Source: Octopus vulgaris (Eukaryota). From it: 64,000 bases of DNA. The notes below the pieces were generated by a model. The model searched no databases, was not told where the DNA came from, and worked only from the letters and a program-made list of their open reading frames with translations. Location of the stretch: contig OX597823.1 of the NCBI GenBank assembly GCA_951406725.2, positions 72,168,001-72,232,000 of the forward strand, read 5' to 3'. Shown piece by piece: positions 37,270 to 49,755 of the stretch. The first letter of the stretch is position 1. Every line of letters starts with the position of its first letter. The position numbers and the translations under genes are program-made.

Positions 37270-37685
37270 CATCCTACTAGAACCATGTGTGAGGTCTACT
37301 CTGAATGGCCTTTACGTTCCCCAGACTTTACTAGCCCGGAATTTTTCTTGTTGGGATACCTGAAAGAGAGGGTTTACGTCAACCCGGAGACCCTCGTGCA
37401 ACTGAAGAACACCAATAGAGAAATCAGAGAAGTGGGGTCTGAAACTCTTGAGGGTCTTATGGTGGAAACTTTGGAAAGAGCACGGGTGTGCGAAACCAAA
37501 AATGGCTGCCATTTAAGCGATGTCATTTTAGATGTGATGTAGTGGTGTTGCAAAATTTGATTGACTTATACATATTTATTTCCATTACGTTCTTTATGTT
37601 GTATCAAAGTTTTATGCACTTATTTGTAACGTTAAGTAAATTATTAAAAATTGAAACCCATCCGTGACTTTTGGGACATCCTGTA
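37270..37685 (+). mobile_element. Tc1/mariner transposase C-terminus with right TIR
   Basis: WPLRSPDFTSPEFFLLGYLKERVY (WPPRSPDLTPxDFFLWGYLKxxVY motif). Ends GACTTTTGGGACATCCTG plus TA. Confidence 0.88.
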
Positions 37686-37690
37686 TATAA

Positions 37691-37736
<46 letters not shown>

Positions 37737-37794
37737 GTATGTATGTGTGTGTGTGTGTGTGTGTCTGTGTGTGTGTGTTGTTACATCTGTCTTT

Positions 37795-38470
37795 GTACGA
37801 CGGGGCAATGGTTAACTATGTGCGACTAGACAATCGTTCAACCCTGTTGAGAAATCTGCACAAATTCTTAGTTTGTTATTCGTTTTCACGTAAGCCGTCG
37901 GTGTGAGGGCGCGTGGCTTAGTGGTTAGGGCATTCGGCTCATGATCGTAAGGTTGTGAGTTCGATTCCCGGCGACGCGTTGTGTCCTTGAGCAAGACACT
38001 TTATTTCACGTTGCTCCAGTCCACTCAGCTGGCAAAAATGAGTTGTACTTGTATTTCAAAGGGTCAGCCTTGTCACTCTCTGTGTCGCGCTGATTATCCC
38101 CGAGAACTATGTTAAGGGTACACGTGTCTGTGGAATGCTCAGCCATTTGCACGTTAATTTCACGAGCAAACTGTTCCGTTGATCGTATCAGCTGGGACCC
38201 TCGTCGTCGTAACCGGCGGAGTCTTTAAGAAGCCGTCGGTATTGCTCAGTTTACATAGTCAATTTCATTTTTATTATACAAAGACTTTCCAGTCTTTCCA
38301 GTTCTTTGTTAACCTGGTTATTGCCGCAAACGGCACATTGCGTTTGGGTCTAAAGGCCGGTGTTTATACCTTGCTTTACTGCGATCTTAGCTTTTGTTTT
38401 TGTACAGCAACCCAGTCGCACAGTTTTATTATCCTCAAAGAGTTGCATTGTTATAACGTCCATCCAGTAT
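37795..38470 (-). mobile_element. Ty3/Gypsy LTR-retrotransposon pol (RT N-terminus) fragment, split by a SINE
   Basis: CTKTKAKI../PAFRPKRNVPFAA/QVNKELERLE...*AIPTA-[SINE]-YVKTNNKLRICADFSTGLNDCL..*PLP. Confidence 0.8.
37903..38229 (+). mobile_element. SINE family A (tRNA-derived), full length, 11-bp TSD
   Basis: A-box TGGCTTAGTGG and B-box GTTCGATTCC. TSD AAGCCGTCGGT at 37892-37902 and 38230-38240. Confidence 0.9.
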
Positions 38471-38619
38471 CAGTATAATTACTATATCAGCAGAAACATG
38501 ACTATCAACATAGTCTACACGTACTCGCTCGATACCAGTCGTCGTCACTTTACTTATAGTCACTCCTCATTCCACTCGTCACGTGGGAGGGGTATACCAT
38601 TATTACTAATTCCCTACAA

Positions 38620-38662
38620 CATATCTATTTATCTATCTATCTATCTATCTATCTACCTATCA

Positions 38663-38705
<43 letters not shown>

Positions 38706-39105
38706 ATCTATCTATCTATCTACCTATCAATCTATCTATCTATCCTTTTGTTCCTTTTCCTTTTCTTTTTTTCTTTTTATTCTTTTTATTTTATTCAATT
38801 TCTTTTTTTGTTTTGTTTTTGTTCTTTTCTTCCCTTTTACGATCCCTCTTGATCGAAAACCTACGCCACCCCCTTTTTTTCTTTTGTTTTTTGTTCTTTT
38901 CATCCCCCAAAAGAAAAGCTTTACCTTTTAACTTGTCCCATCTGTGTGCAGCCCTGTGTGGCCAATAAAGAAACTTATCTATCTTTTTTTTGTTTTTTGT
39001 TTTTTTCATCCCCCAAAAGAAAAGCTCTACCTTGTAACTTGTCCCATCTGTGTGCAGCCCTGTGTGGCCAATAAAGAAACTTATCTATCTATCTATCTAT
39101 CTATA

Positions 39106-39147
<42 letters not shown>

Positions 39148-39269
39148 CCTATCAATCTATCTATCTATCTTTTTTTTTGTTTTTTGTTTTTTTCATCCCC
39201 CAAAAGAAAAGCTCTACCTTGTAACTTGTCCCACCTGTGTGCAGCCCTGTGTGGCCAATAAAGAAACTG

Positions 39270-39338
<69 letters not shown>

Positions 39339-39380
39339 ATTATATATCTATATATACACAAATAGGTGTGTGTGCGTATC

Positions 39381-39466
<86 letters not shown>

Positions 39467-39500
39467 GGATGGATGGATGGATGGATGGATGGATGGATGG
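38620..39500. repeat. (CTAT)n array containing three ~105-bp units ending AATAAAGAAA, followed by inverted (GATA)n/(GGAT)n
   Basis: The unit TTTTCATCCCCCAAAAGAAAAGCT.TACCTT.TAACTTGTCCCA.CTGTGTGCAGCCCTGTGTGGCCAATAAAGAAAC ends at ~38974, 39080 and 39267. Confidence 0.9.
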
Positions 39501-40369
39501 ATGAATGGATGGAAGATAGATGGCGTTGAGAGTGAGAAAGAGAGAGAGAGGGAGAGAGAAAAAGAAACAGGTAGAGTGAGGTTAACTAACTTCACATATG
39601 CACTCGTACACGTTTTCGAAAATAGCTTTCGCATTTAATCACCATATGTCTGCATTTAAAATAGTTTATCAGTGGATGAAGACAAGATATTCTGTCAGCT
39701 AAAAGAAAGCAGGAATTGTAGTGAATTCCCATTCAGTGTCTACAAATGTCCCGTGCTCATCGCCATTTTGAAAGCAGATCATGATTAATTTCATCCTCTA
39801 TTGTACAGCAGCGATGTCGCGCAATAGGCTTCCCCACTTTCTTCTAGCTAGCATGAAGCAAGCATGTGAATGTATTGCTATCTAACCATCATCCTGCTCG
39901 TGACCATACATACACTGATCAAATATAAAGCGCTTTAGGTAGAATTATTGCCAAACGTTTGCTCGTGCTCAGACATTACAATTATTGTGATTATTTGTTG
40001 GAGCATAATGAGAGAGAGGAGAGAATGACAGAAATACAAAAAGTAGAAAAGGAGAGGACAGATACGCGGTCAATGCAACGTGAGACAGTCTCTGCAAAGA
40101 AAAGAAAGACAACAGTTAATTAAGAATAGATTCATTTGTTATCTTTTATTAAATTAACAATTCCTTCGTACAATCTCCTTCAATTATCATTTCATTCCAC
40201 ATACAGATAAGAAATATTTTTTTAACATTTGTTGTTTTGCGTTTGTATTTTTTTTTTTTTTATATCGAAGCAATATCACCATTCTTATAATTTCTATCAG
40301 TTCATCCATTAAATCGTATTTTTAAAACATATTTCACTGGGTCAAATAATGGGCTCAAAATATTACACG

Positions 40370-40560
40370 AGGCCAGTAATTTTGGAGGAGAGGGTAAGTC
40401 GATAACATCGATTCCAGTACTTGACTGGGACTTATTTTATCGACCCCCGAAAGGAGGAGAAACAAAGTCAACTTCAGCAGAATTTGAACTCAGTACGTAA
40501 AGCCGGACGAAATACTGCTAAGCACTTTGTCCGCCGCAGTAATAATTCTGCTTGTTCGCC
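40370..40560 (-). mobile_element. SINE family C
   Basis: GTAAGTCGATAACATCGA...CTTATTTTATCGACCCCCGAAAGG...GAATTTGAACTCAG..GACGAAATACTGCTAAGCA. Confidence 0.75.
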
Positions 40561-42484
40561 ATTTTAGTGGGTCAAACATTGAAAACAATATTGTCTCAGC
40601 CCTCACCACCCAATTTATGCAGCGGATCATCCTAGTTTTTTTCATTGTGATTGGCTTGGAATTTGCGAATTAAGGCTATCATTGGTATCGTGTTAAGGAA
40701 AGTAGGAAAACATACTAGTGCCTTAATTGTGCCAATTTGAAATATATTTCACCACTTGATTGGATGTTGGTGTGGTGGATGATCAATTATACAATAAATC
40801 ACGGTTTAAAAGAGTGGTTGCTAAGGTAACCGTTAGTGCTACATCTAAACACGAGTTATGATTACTAGAGTTTGATTTTTACAACTTCCCCAAATCTTCT
40901 TGGTGAGACAAGAATCTCGATGTTGGTAAAAAAACCCAGAGTAGTTGTAGTAACTGCATTGCCTTCTTACAGTAGCATATTTTGTTGTTGTTGCTGCTAT
41001 TGTTATATATTGTTACTATTGTTGTTTAGAAACAGGTCTGTTATAATGAAGAGAGCCTATGTTTAGACCCAGGTTTCTTGGATGATGAAGATCTGTTCAA
41101 CAGCGTTCCATCTATGATAACCCCTAACTTCTTTTCAGAAATAATATTAAATCTACAACTACAATAGCCAATATGTTGTTCCGATATTTCAATCAGCTGA
41201 GTGCGATTTTAGGGAGTTTGATTTCTACTTCTGTGATATTGCACAACCATTTAGAAGAGCACTCTGTCTCGGATTCTCTCTTTGGCTGGTTGTGTATTTG
41301 TGGTTCTCAACGATTGAGTGTCTCTTGAACAATTTATATGAATGGCGTCTGTGATTTTAACGTTACATCTTTTGCTTCAGGTAGAGTTCTTATATCTGTG
41401 ATTGTAGTAAAGTTGATAATGGTTTTCTATAGTTTTTGCCAGTTGATCAATAGTGTGCTGACGTGTATTTTACTATGCTTGGTGTAGCCGAGAGACAATT
41501 AGGCCAAGTCTATCATTTGCCATTTCCTTCCGAGAACCAAATCGTTGTTCAATTAAACGATTCATACCAGCATTTCTTAGACTGGCTCGAGGAATTGGCG
41601 CCAAAGCCGTGCAATTCCCGGTCTGTAAATGGAAACCTTAATTTCCTCTTCCTTTTGCAGTTAGAATATCTCATATGACGCACAATAAAACTGCGTAATC
41701 GCTTGAGTTATTAATAGATGATAAAGAGTTTTGTTATGAAGTCATTGTGTATGACACTGTGTATATTTTCTTGCTTATATATGCTTTTCTATGCATATCT
41801 TTGTATGTTTTCATATACGTGTACATATTTGTATATGTAAATGTGTGTACATATGCATGTGCATGTGCAGGTGTATGTGAGCGTGCGTGCGTTCATTCTA
41901 CTTTCAAAAGTATATTATTTGTAAAGCCGACCAACTGTACGGAAGCTCTTTTGTAACGGTTCTTCGTTATAATTGTTTGCCATCTTTATGATGCTATTGC
42001 TTATGTTGTTATTGGCTGTGATTATTCTTTTTATGTGTAGTAACGAGATACCTTCTGTGATACTTTTTATAGTATTACTGATTTGTAAGTTTTTGTATAA
42101 CACTATATTTCCAGTCTTCCATTGCCTTAACCTATCTCTGTATATTCATGCAATTATAATGCATTTGCCATCGTTTTTTTCTTTTTATTTCACAAATGTT
42201 TCGCACCATTTGCAGAAATTCTAAATTTAATTCGTATTTTTACTTAATTTCATTAGTCAAAAAAAGCTGTCAGATTAGTTCAAAAAAAGCTGTCAGATTA
42301 GTATGTGTTTGTGGAAACATGCTGCTACACGTCCTGGCTGTGGTTTTGATATGTAAGAGACTGCTGGTTAAAGTGTACATATCATTCGAGAGCCAAAATG
42401 TATCGCGCGTTCTACCCTCACCCACAATTTTGGGTGTAAGATACGATACATGTAACAGGTGGACTGAATATATATGATATAACT

Positions 42485-42665
42485 ATAGGCTGAAAAGTTC
42501 TTACGTCCAAGTATATTGTCATGGAGTGTAACCAATTGTGGTTTATTTTTCAGCATTGTCCACCTTGTGGTCAATACACTTCTTCCTTTGGTGTTGCAGT
42601 GCTTGGATCCTATTAGTCAAGAAACTTTCATCTTGTTGGCTAAAATAGTCACCAGCAGAAGATAT
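42485..42665 (-). mobile_element. Mariner 3' end remnant
   Basis: DESFLTNRIQALQHQRKKCIDHKVDNAEK* resembles the mariner C-terminus GIxxLxxRWxKCVxxxGDYVEK. TIR-like CTGAAAAGTTC. Confidence 0.7.
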
Positions 42666-42744
42666 TACTGTGAGATACTGGTTCTCGGAGAAAGAAAATC
42701 GCCAACGATACACACGCGGTCACATATAATGCGTGTGTGTGTGT

Positions 42745-42810
<66 letters not shown>

Positions 42811-43500
42811 GTAATCCTATTTGAGCATTTTCCCTTCCACACTCACACAGACATGCCCAAACAAGAGTATGAATACACACACACAGCACTCACTGCTAAC
42901 ATGTAAACTACATGTCAGGGCTAATATACATTCTCATTCACATGCGGCAAATACAAGCGAGACGTCGTTGACGTCGCATTAATTAAAAAGCCACACCGTT
43001 TTGCGTTTTCTTTGAATAAATTTCCCTTCATAGTCACTAAATATGCAGCATGCAAGAACATTTATGCTATGAAATTACAGAACAGCGACGAACATCAAAG
43101 CTTTTAAAATTCTCTCAGCTACAAAACGATTGCCGAATTCAACACTGTTCACTTTGCCTCCAATTGTTTCTGCTGCTGTAGACGTATTGTGCGTCCGATA
43201 CAGGGACAAGGAATAGAATCTGGCACGCTTCTATTTCACGTAATAAGCAATCCATTCCCTTTGTGTAACACTGCCGTTTTTGTAATATACTAGATTAGGT
43301 CTAATTGTGGGGAACTATGATTAAAGTTTATATGGATGCATGGAGCTCCCTATGTACGTATGCATATATGTATATATATATATATGTGCACGTATGTACG
43401 TACGGACGCATGTATGTAAGTATGTATGTATGCATGCATGTATGTATGTATTCTGTATGCATGTATAAACGCATGTATGTATGAATGTACAGATGTATGT

Positions 43501-44142
43501 GTGAAGGTGTAGGGCCTGGTGGTTAGGGTGCTTCACTCACGATTGCTAGATCGTCGTTTCATTTCCTGGACCGGGTACTCTTTACTCTTTTAACTCTCTT
43601 ACTTGTTTCAGTCATGTGACTGTGGCCATGCTGGAGCACCGCCTTTAGTCGAGCAAATCGACCCCAGGACTTATTCTTTGGAAGCCTAGTACTTATTCTA
43701 TCGGTCTCTTTTGCCGAACCGCTAAGATACGGGGGCGTAAACACAGCAGCATCGGTTGTCAAGCGATGTTGGGGTGACAAACACAGACACTCAAACATAT
43801 ACACACACATATATATATACATATATACGAGGGGCTTCTTTCAGTTTCTGTCTACCGAATCCACTCACAAGGCTTTGGTCGACCTGAGGCAATAGTAGAA
43901 GACACTTATCCAAGGTGTCACGCAGTCGGACTGAACCAGGAACCATGTGGTTGGTAAGCAAGCTACTTACCACACAGCTACTCCTGCGCCTATGAGCAAA
44001 ACACTTCATCTCATGTTGCCTTGTGATAACCTCGACAACTGACGCGTGGTACACCGTGTACCTGTTCAAGCAAGGTCAATTTTATGGAGGGAATGAGCCA
44101 ATGTACAGCACATACATTTGATCATTATAAACAAATCATTTG
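43501..44142 (+). mobile_element. Older tRNA-headed SINE interrupted by a SINE-B
   Basis: Head GTGAAGGTGTAGGGCCTGGTGGTTAGGGTG..., resuming as TGAGCAAAACACTTCATCTCATGTTG at ~43993. Confidence 0.55.
43577..43990 (-). mobile_element. SINE family B, full length
   Basis: Reverse complement of GGCGCAGGAGT.GCTGTGTGGTAAG...GGCGGTGCTCCAGCATGGCCACAGTC..ATGACTGAAACAAGTAAGAG. Confidence 0.88.
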
Positions 44143-45169
44143 CCTTTAATCTGGACTTGTTTCAGTTCAAACCGTCGTAGCTTTTCACAGTAGAGAGTTT
44201 TCCAAGATTATGTGAATGACGTAATGCGTGCGTACATATAGGTGTATATATGGATGTAGTAGTATTACTGTAAAGGGTGTGGATGTTTTGTTAGTGCAGT
44301 AGTATGTATGTTATATGCACGAATGTGATTTTTGCGTTTATGCATATTTCAGGAAAATTAAATAGAAAAGTTTTGGAATGCTTCTCAAATATTCTCTCTA
44401 CTATTCGATCGATAGAACACAGAATACTGCGTGATTTTTCTTGAGGGGGCTTCTCATATGGACTCGTGGTGCATAAAAGCACTCATATTTATATCGTTGA
44501 CAGATGAAAATCGTTTGCTACGGCCGCTGGAATTACCATTTCATATGATTTTACTCTGTTTTGGTCTCCTCAGTGACACACATCTATTAACGACGTAGCA
44601 ACCAAATCTCCCGTCAACGATAAACATAATATCAGTGTCTATTCTGGCATTGATGTCGCACATGATAAGCCAGCATTCTGGCACTTGATAAGCCAGTCGG
44701 CTTATCAAGAGATAATAATTAATTGCGACAGATAAAGCAATCTTTATCTCCAACGTAACATGGAGGTTCTTTCAGAACACAGAACACTGCGTTTATTTAC
44801 CTTGAGAGGACCTCCCATATAGATTCGAGGTTACGAGCACTTTTATACTATTGTAGAGTGCATAGATGACAAATGTTAGTAAGAGGCATATATACGATCA
44901 GTTTGGAAAGGACACGTCACAAATGCTATTTTTAGGTGAATATATCACCTGAGTTATCCTAGGTTGACTAGATTGCACCATGTCATTGAGAACAAAAGCA
45001 CAAATATAAAAACGAAAAATTATGTATTCATTTCAGAAACCACTCATATCATTATCGACGACCTCCATGTATCTTAGTATCAAGAGATTCTTACTGTTAA
45101 ATCACATCCAGGATGGCAATATTTAACTCTTTACCATTTTACAATTTAGGGCTCCCGCTCAACGGTTCC

Positions 45170-45760
45170 TTTCAGGTTACATGTTAGGTTTCATATGATT
45201 GCCAAATTCTCGGCTGGTCACACACAGACTGCCAGAGACGTGCAAGAAAGGAAGAAAACCCTGCTGGAACACATCGACTTCTCTATCCGCCTTCCTCACT
45301 TCATGTCTTCACTACTGTGCGCAGTATATATTGACATTGGAGCCTTGCAGGAATAGTGAGACAGTATGCATTACTTTCGTTGCTCATGATCCTTAGGATG
45401 GTTAAAGATGACGGGAACATTATGTGCAGGATTCTCCTCGCAGAGTCTCGTGATCATCTGTTTGACCTTGTCGCAGTTCTCTTCGGAGAACTAGAGCATG
45501 ATGAATTTCTCACGATACTTAAATTTGCTCAGCAAGCGGTTTAACTGGATCGTACGGTTCTCCCAAGCCTTGCCGGACAGGAACTGACTCTTTCTCCTCA
45601 TGTTGGACTTGTATCTCATGACCTCTTACCCAACTCATCTGATACCGGACTCGGCGATCTTGAACTAGTAGGCAATGGGATTATCGACTTGCTGAAATTA
45701 TTGTTGATACTGTCTTGTAACAGCTGCAAGAACTCAGCCGTCCTGAAATCATCTAATCGC
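45170..45760 (-). mobile_element. Highly decayed Tc1/mariner-superfamily transposase
   Basis: Frameshifted peptides MRYKSNMRRKSQFLSGKAWENR..LNRLLSKFK..*FSEEN, LFLQGSNVN, DVFQQ and AENL resemble FSDE / GxxVN / FQQD motifs. Confidence 0.5.
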
Positions 45761-46426
45761 TAATAATATATGTTTTTGCATTCAGTCTTAGCCAAGGGTA
45801 AAAGTCCCTACGAGATGCCTCTCGGTCCTTCCTGACTTCGAAGTGTAGTTGGCGGTTCAAGGCACGAGGTCAGTGTACGTTTTCATTTCCTGTATCATAC
45901 TGGACTATGCCACATTGATTTTGTCGATACGGCTGATTTAAAAAAATTAATAATTAGTAAATTTAACGTTGACGTAACACTACATTAGGTTGTATTTTAT
46001 TTATGCTTTACCAAATTTATGTCCACAGATACCGAATAGTTCCTGTATATCTCGTCAGAGGTGTTCTGAAGTGTGTATATGGCCAATGTTATTCTAGATT
46101 GTATATATAACCAGTTCATTCATGAGTCTACTTATCCTCAGAGCTAGTCATAATTCTATATATTACTTGTCCTATAACTGCTCCCATCAAAACCGTCAAG
46201 AGTTTTAGTGAAATAATCTGTAAATTATGCTTATTTTAAGAGAGGCCATCCACTCAATTTAACTGTGACATGGAATGTTACATCATATTCAAAATAATGG
46301 AGGATCTTTTCTATTTGGCTTCTAGTTTTCACTTACTTCAATTTTTGTTCCAGTTGATTTCATATTTGGTGTATTGTTTAGTTGTGTATTGTAATCATTC
46401 ACAAGAAATGAATTTTCCCCGTAAAT

Positions 46427-46770
46427 CTGGAGTTTAGTGTCATTAGCAAATATTTTCACTTTGCAGTGATTTACGAAGCTGGAAAAGTCGTTTATGTAAA
46501 TTATAAAGAGGAGCGGACCCAAGACAGTCCCCTGAGAGACACCACTGGTGACATTTGCTGGGCCTGAGTGGACTCCATCGACCAGATGTTGTGTTCTATT
46601 CGCCAGGAAATACTTAATCCTGTGCAGAAGTTTTCGACGCATTCCAGCATTTGCCAATTTTGAGACTAAGATATCATGGTCAACCCTGTCGAACGCTTTA
46701 CTGAAGTCAAGATATATGACATCAGAGTTCGAACCTGTTCCCAAGATTTAAAGTATATCTTCAATGTGGT
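46427..46770 (-). mobile_element. CR1/L2-group RT fragment
   Basis: DVIYLDFSKAFDRVDH...VTSGVSQGTVLGPLLFIIYIND...KIFANDTKL. Confidence 0.88.
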
Positions 46771-46809
46771 GTGTGTCTATATATATATACATATACATAC
46801 AACAGAAGC

Positions 46810-47128
46810 ACCCCTTCGGTTACGATGACAGGTGTCCCAGCTGATACGATCAGCGGAAGAGCTTGCTCGTGAAACTAACGTGCAAGCGGTTGCAACTCCA
46901 CAGACACGCATACCCTTAATGTGGTTCTCAAGGAAATTCAGCGTGTCAGAGAGTGGGACGAGGCAGGCCCTTTGAAATACAGGTGCTACTCATTTTTGCC
47001 AGCTGGGTGGACTGGAGCAATGTGAAATAAAGTATCCTGCTCAAGGGCACAACGCATCACCGGAAATTGAACTCACGACCTTACGATTGTGAGCCGAATG
47101 CCCTAACCACTAAGCCACGCGCCTTCAC
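46810..47128 (-). mobile_element. SINE family A, older copy
   Basis: Reverse complement of 37903-38229 with moderate divergence (CCCTAACCACTAAGCCACGCGCC at the head). Confidence 0.85.
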
Positions 47129-47164
47129 ACATACACACACGCACATGTATACACACATATGTTG

Positions 47165-47375
47165 CCTGTGTGTGTGTCTTTGCGTCTTTGTTTATCCCCA
47201 CCACCGCTTGACATCCTGTAAGCAAGAGAAATCGATAGAATAAAGTACCTGGCTTCAAGAAAGAAAAAGAAAGAAAAAAGGAAAAAGAAAGGAACTGGGG
47301 TTAATTTATTCGACTTAAATTCTTCAAAGTGGTGCCCCAGCATGGCCACAATCTAATGATTGAAGCAAATAAAAG
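47165..47375 (+). mobile_element. SINE family B, 3' half
   Basis: CCACCGCTTGACA...CGATAGAATAAAGTAC...GGTGCCCCAGCATGGCCACA. Confidence 0.65.
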
Positions 47376-47414
47376 ATCATCGATAACACACAATATTAGT
47401 GACAATATAACTGC

Positions 47415-48010
47415 TTTCAAATTTTGGCACAAGGCCAGGAATTACAAGAGAGTGGTTATATCAGTTACATCAACTCGGCAGAAACGTTAGCACGCCCGGC
47501 GAAATGCCTAGCGGTATTTCGTCTGCGGTTACGTTCTGAGATCAAATTCCGCCGAGATCGACTTAGTCTTTCATCCTTTCAGGAGTCGATGAAATAAGTA
47601 CCAGTTACGCACTGGGGGTCGATATAATCGACTTAATCCGTTTGTCTGTCCTTGTTTGTCCTCTCTGTGTTTAGCCCCTTGTGGGTAGTATAGATATAGG
47701 TATTTCGTCTGCCGTTACGTTCTGAGTTCAAATTCCGCCGAGGTCAACTTCCCCTTTCATCCCTTCGGGGTCAATTAAATAAGTACCAGTTAATCAATGG
47801 GGTCGATGTAATCGACTTAATCCCCTTGTCTGTCCTTGTTTGATCCCTCTATGTTTAGCCCCCCCCCCCCTGTGGGTAATAAAGAAATAAATATTCAACT
47901 GGTATTTATTTCATCGATCCCGAAAGGATGAAAGGCAAAGTCGACCTCGGTTGAATTTGAACTCGGTACTTCAAGACAGACGAAATGCCGCTATGCATTC
48001 TATCCGGTGA
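47415..48010. mobile_element. Nested SINE-C: plus-strand dimeric copy (47476-47890) inside a minus-strand copy
   Basis: The outer copy TTTTGGCACAAGGCCAG...TCAACT resumes as TCAACTGGTATTTATTTCATCGATCCCGAAAGGATG at ~47895. The inner copy has the same duplicated body as 3011-3403. Confidence 0.75.
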
Positions 48011-48519
48011 TGACAGCATTACTGCCACTGCGATAAACTATTACCGCCAACAAAACATGCTATCCCATGCTATCTCATCTTTTTACACCACCACTGTCTC
48101 CACTCGATGTTATACCATCACAATGTATCATTTACTCCTGCGACAACTAGAATACACTTTGTATATTTCTACTGTCACTGCTACTCCTGCTGCTACATAT
48201 TCACATCCCTCCTATAACTTCTGCCAGTCCCCCATCATTTCTACCACTCCCACAAATGACTCCCACTACATCTACCAACAGGCAGTGGTTATTATAGTCT
48301 ACTTCGACCGCCACTACTCCTGTCACCAACCACTGCCACCACCACCACCTCAAAAGTTACTGTAACCGCTCCTTTCTCTATCACAATCGTCATCACATTT
48401 TAACTTTATCTTCGTCAACGACGGGGTCTCTCTCTACTCGCTCATTCGGTCTGTTAGAAATAGTCAGTATAATTGCTTCAAATTACAACCTATCGTTTCT
48501 CTGTCTGTCCATCTATCAG

Positions 48520-48572
<53 letters not shown>

Positions 48573-49164
48573 TCGTCCGTCACTTTTTTTCTTTTTCCCT
48601 TATTTCAGTGAAAGGACACATTGGATAATGTTGGCCTTGATAAATAAATAGACGGAATATTGGAATGTCTGATACCTCTGTTTAGCCGCAGGTCAATCTT
48701 GCAGCTAACAACAACAACAACAAAATTTACTTCAATAACAACCAGATACCACCATCACCACCATCATCACCATCACCACCACCAACAACAACTACAGCAC
48801 TATCAACATTAACCCAGCCTCTTCTCAGATTATTCGCCACATTGCAACTCTCACTACTACCAGCTCCAGTAGATCTTCCAGGACCGCCTTCCGTATTATT
48901 ACTACGCATCGCACAAATATCAATACTGCTACTTCTGTCATTATAACGATCGTACACGCAACGCTTATCACAAAAACGGCAACGACGAAAACAACAGTTA
49001 CTATCACTCCCTCCGCTCTTTCCAAGCCAATGAAGGGTGCTCTCTCTCGGTGGTCGTTTAATTTGCTAGAAATAGCTACCAAAGCACATTCAAATTACAT
49101 CCTACCACCTTACAGTATTCAAAAATAGTTAACTTTGGAGAGTGTAGACCCAGATCTACTATTC

Positions 49165-49563
49165 TCTCTTTTTTATTCTTTTACTTGTTTCAGTCATTTG
49201 ACTGCAGCCATGCTGGAGCACCGCCTTTAGTCGAGAAAATCGACCCCAGGACTTATTCTTTGGAAGCGTAGTACTTATTCTATCGGTTTCTTTCGCCGAA
49301 CCGCTAAGTTACGGGGACGTAAACACACCAGCATCGGTTGTCAAGCGATGTTGGGGGATAAACACAGACACTCAAACATATACACACACTTACATATACA
49401 TATATACGACGGGCTTCGTTCAGTTTCTGTCTACCAAATCCAGTCACAAGGCTTGGTCGGCCCAAGGCTATAGTAGAAGACACTTACCTAAGGTGCTAAA
49501 CAGTGGGACTGAACCCGGAACCATGTGGTTGGTAAGCAAGCTACTTACCACACAGCCACTCCT
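49165..49563 (-). mobile_element. SINE family B flanked by an ~81-bp direct repeat
   Basis: Full SINE-B sequence. Flanks 49082-49162 and 49564-49644 differ at about 9 positions. Confidence 0.88.
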
Positions 49564-49755
49564 AAGCACTTTCAAGTCACATCCTACCACCTTACAGTAT
49601 TCAAAAATCGATAACTTTGGGTAGTGTAGGCCCAGATCTATTATATCAATGTTTATCAGCCACTTTTACCTATGGTCCCCTTAGATACCAATTTTACTTG
49701 GATAGGCCCACGTAGTCATTTGAATGTTTAAAACACATATTTTACATTTATTATG

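Noticed and set aside
37903-37975. tRNA-like sequence with A and B boxes (also 54113, 47128 and the SINE-B/C heads)
   Set aside because: There is no complete acceptor stem and the sequence continues into a multi-copy body with TSDs. These are SINE heads, not tRNA genes.
38870-39270. Three spaced direct repeats resembling a CRISPR array
   Set aside because: The units are ~105 bp, the spacers are CTAT microsatellite, there are no cas genes, and the context is eukaryotic.
41640-41692. Strong plus-strand splice acceptor followed by a stop and AATAAA
   Set aside because: No upstream exons are identifiable, and such motifs are expected by chance in AT-rich DNA.
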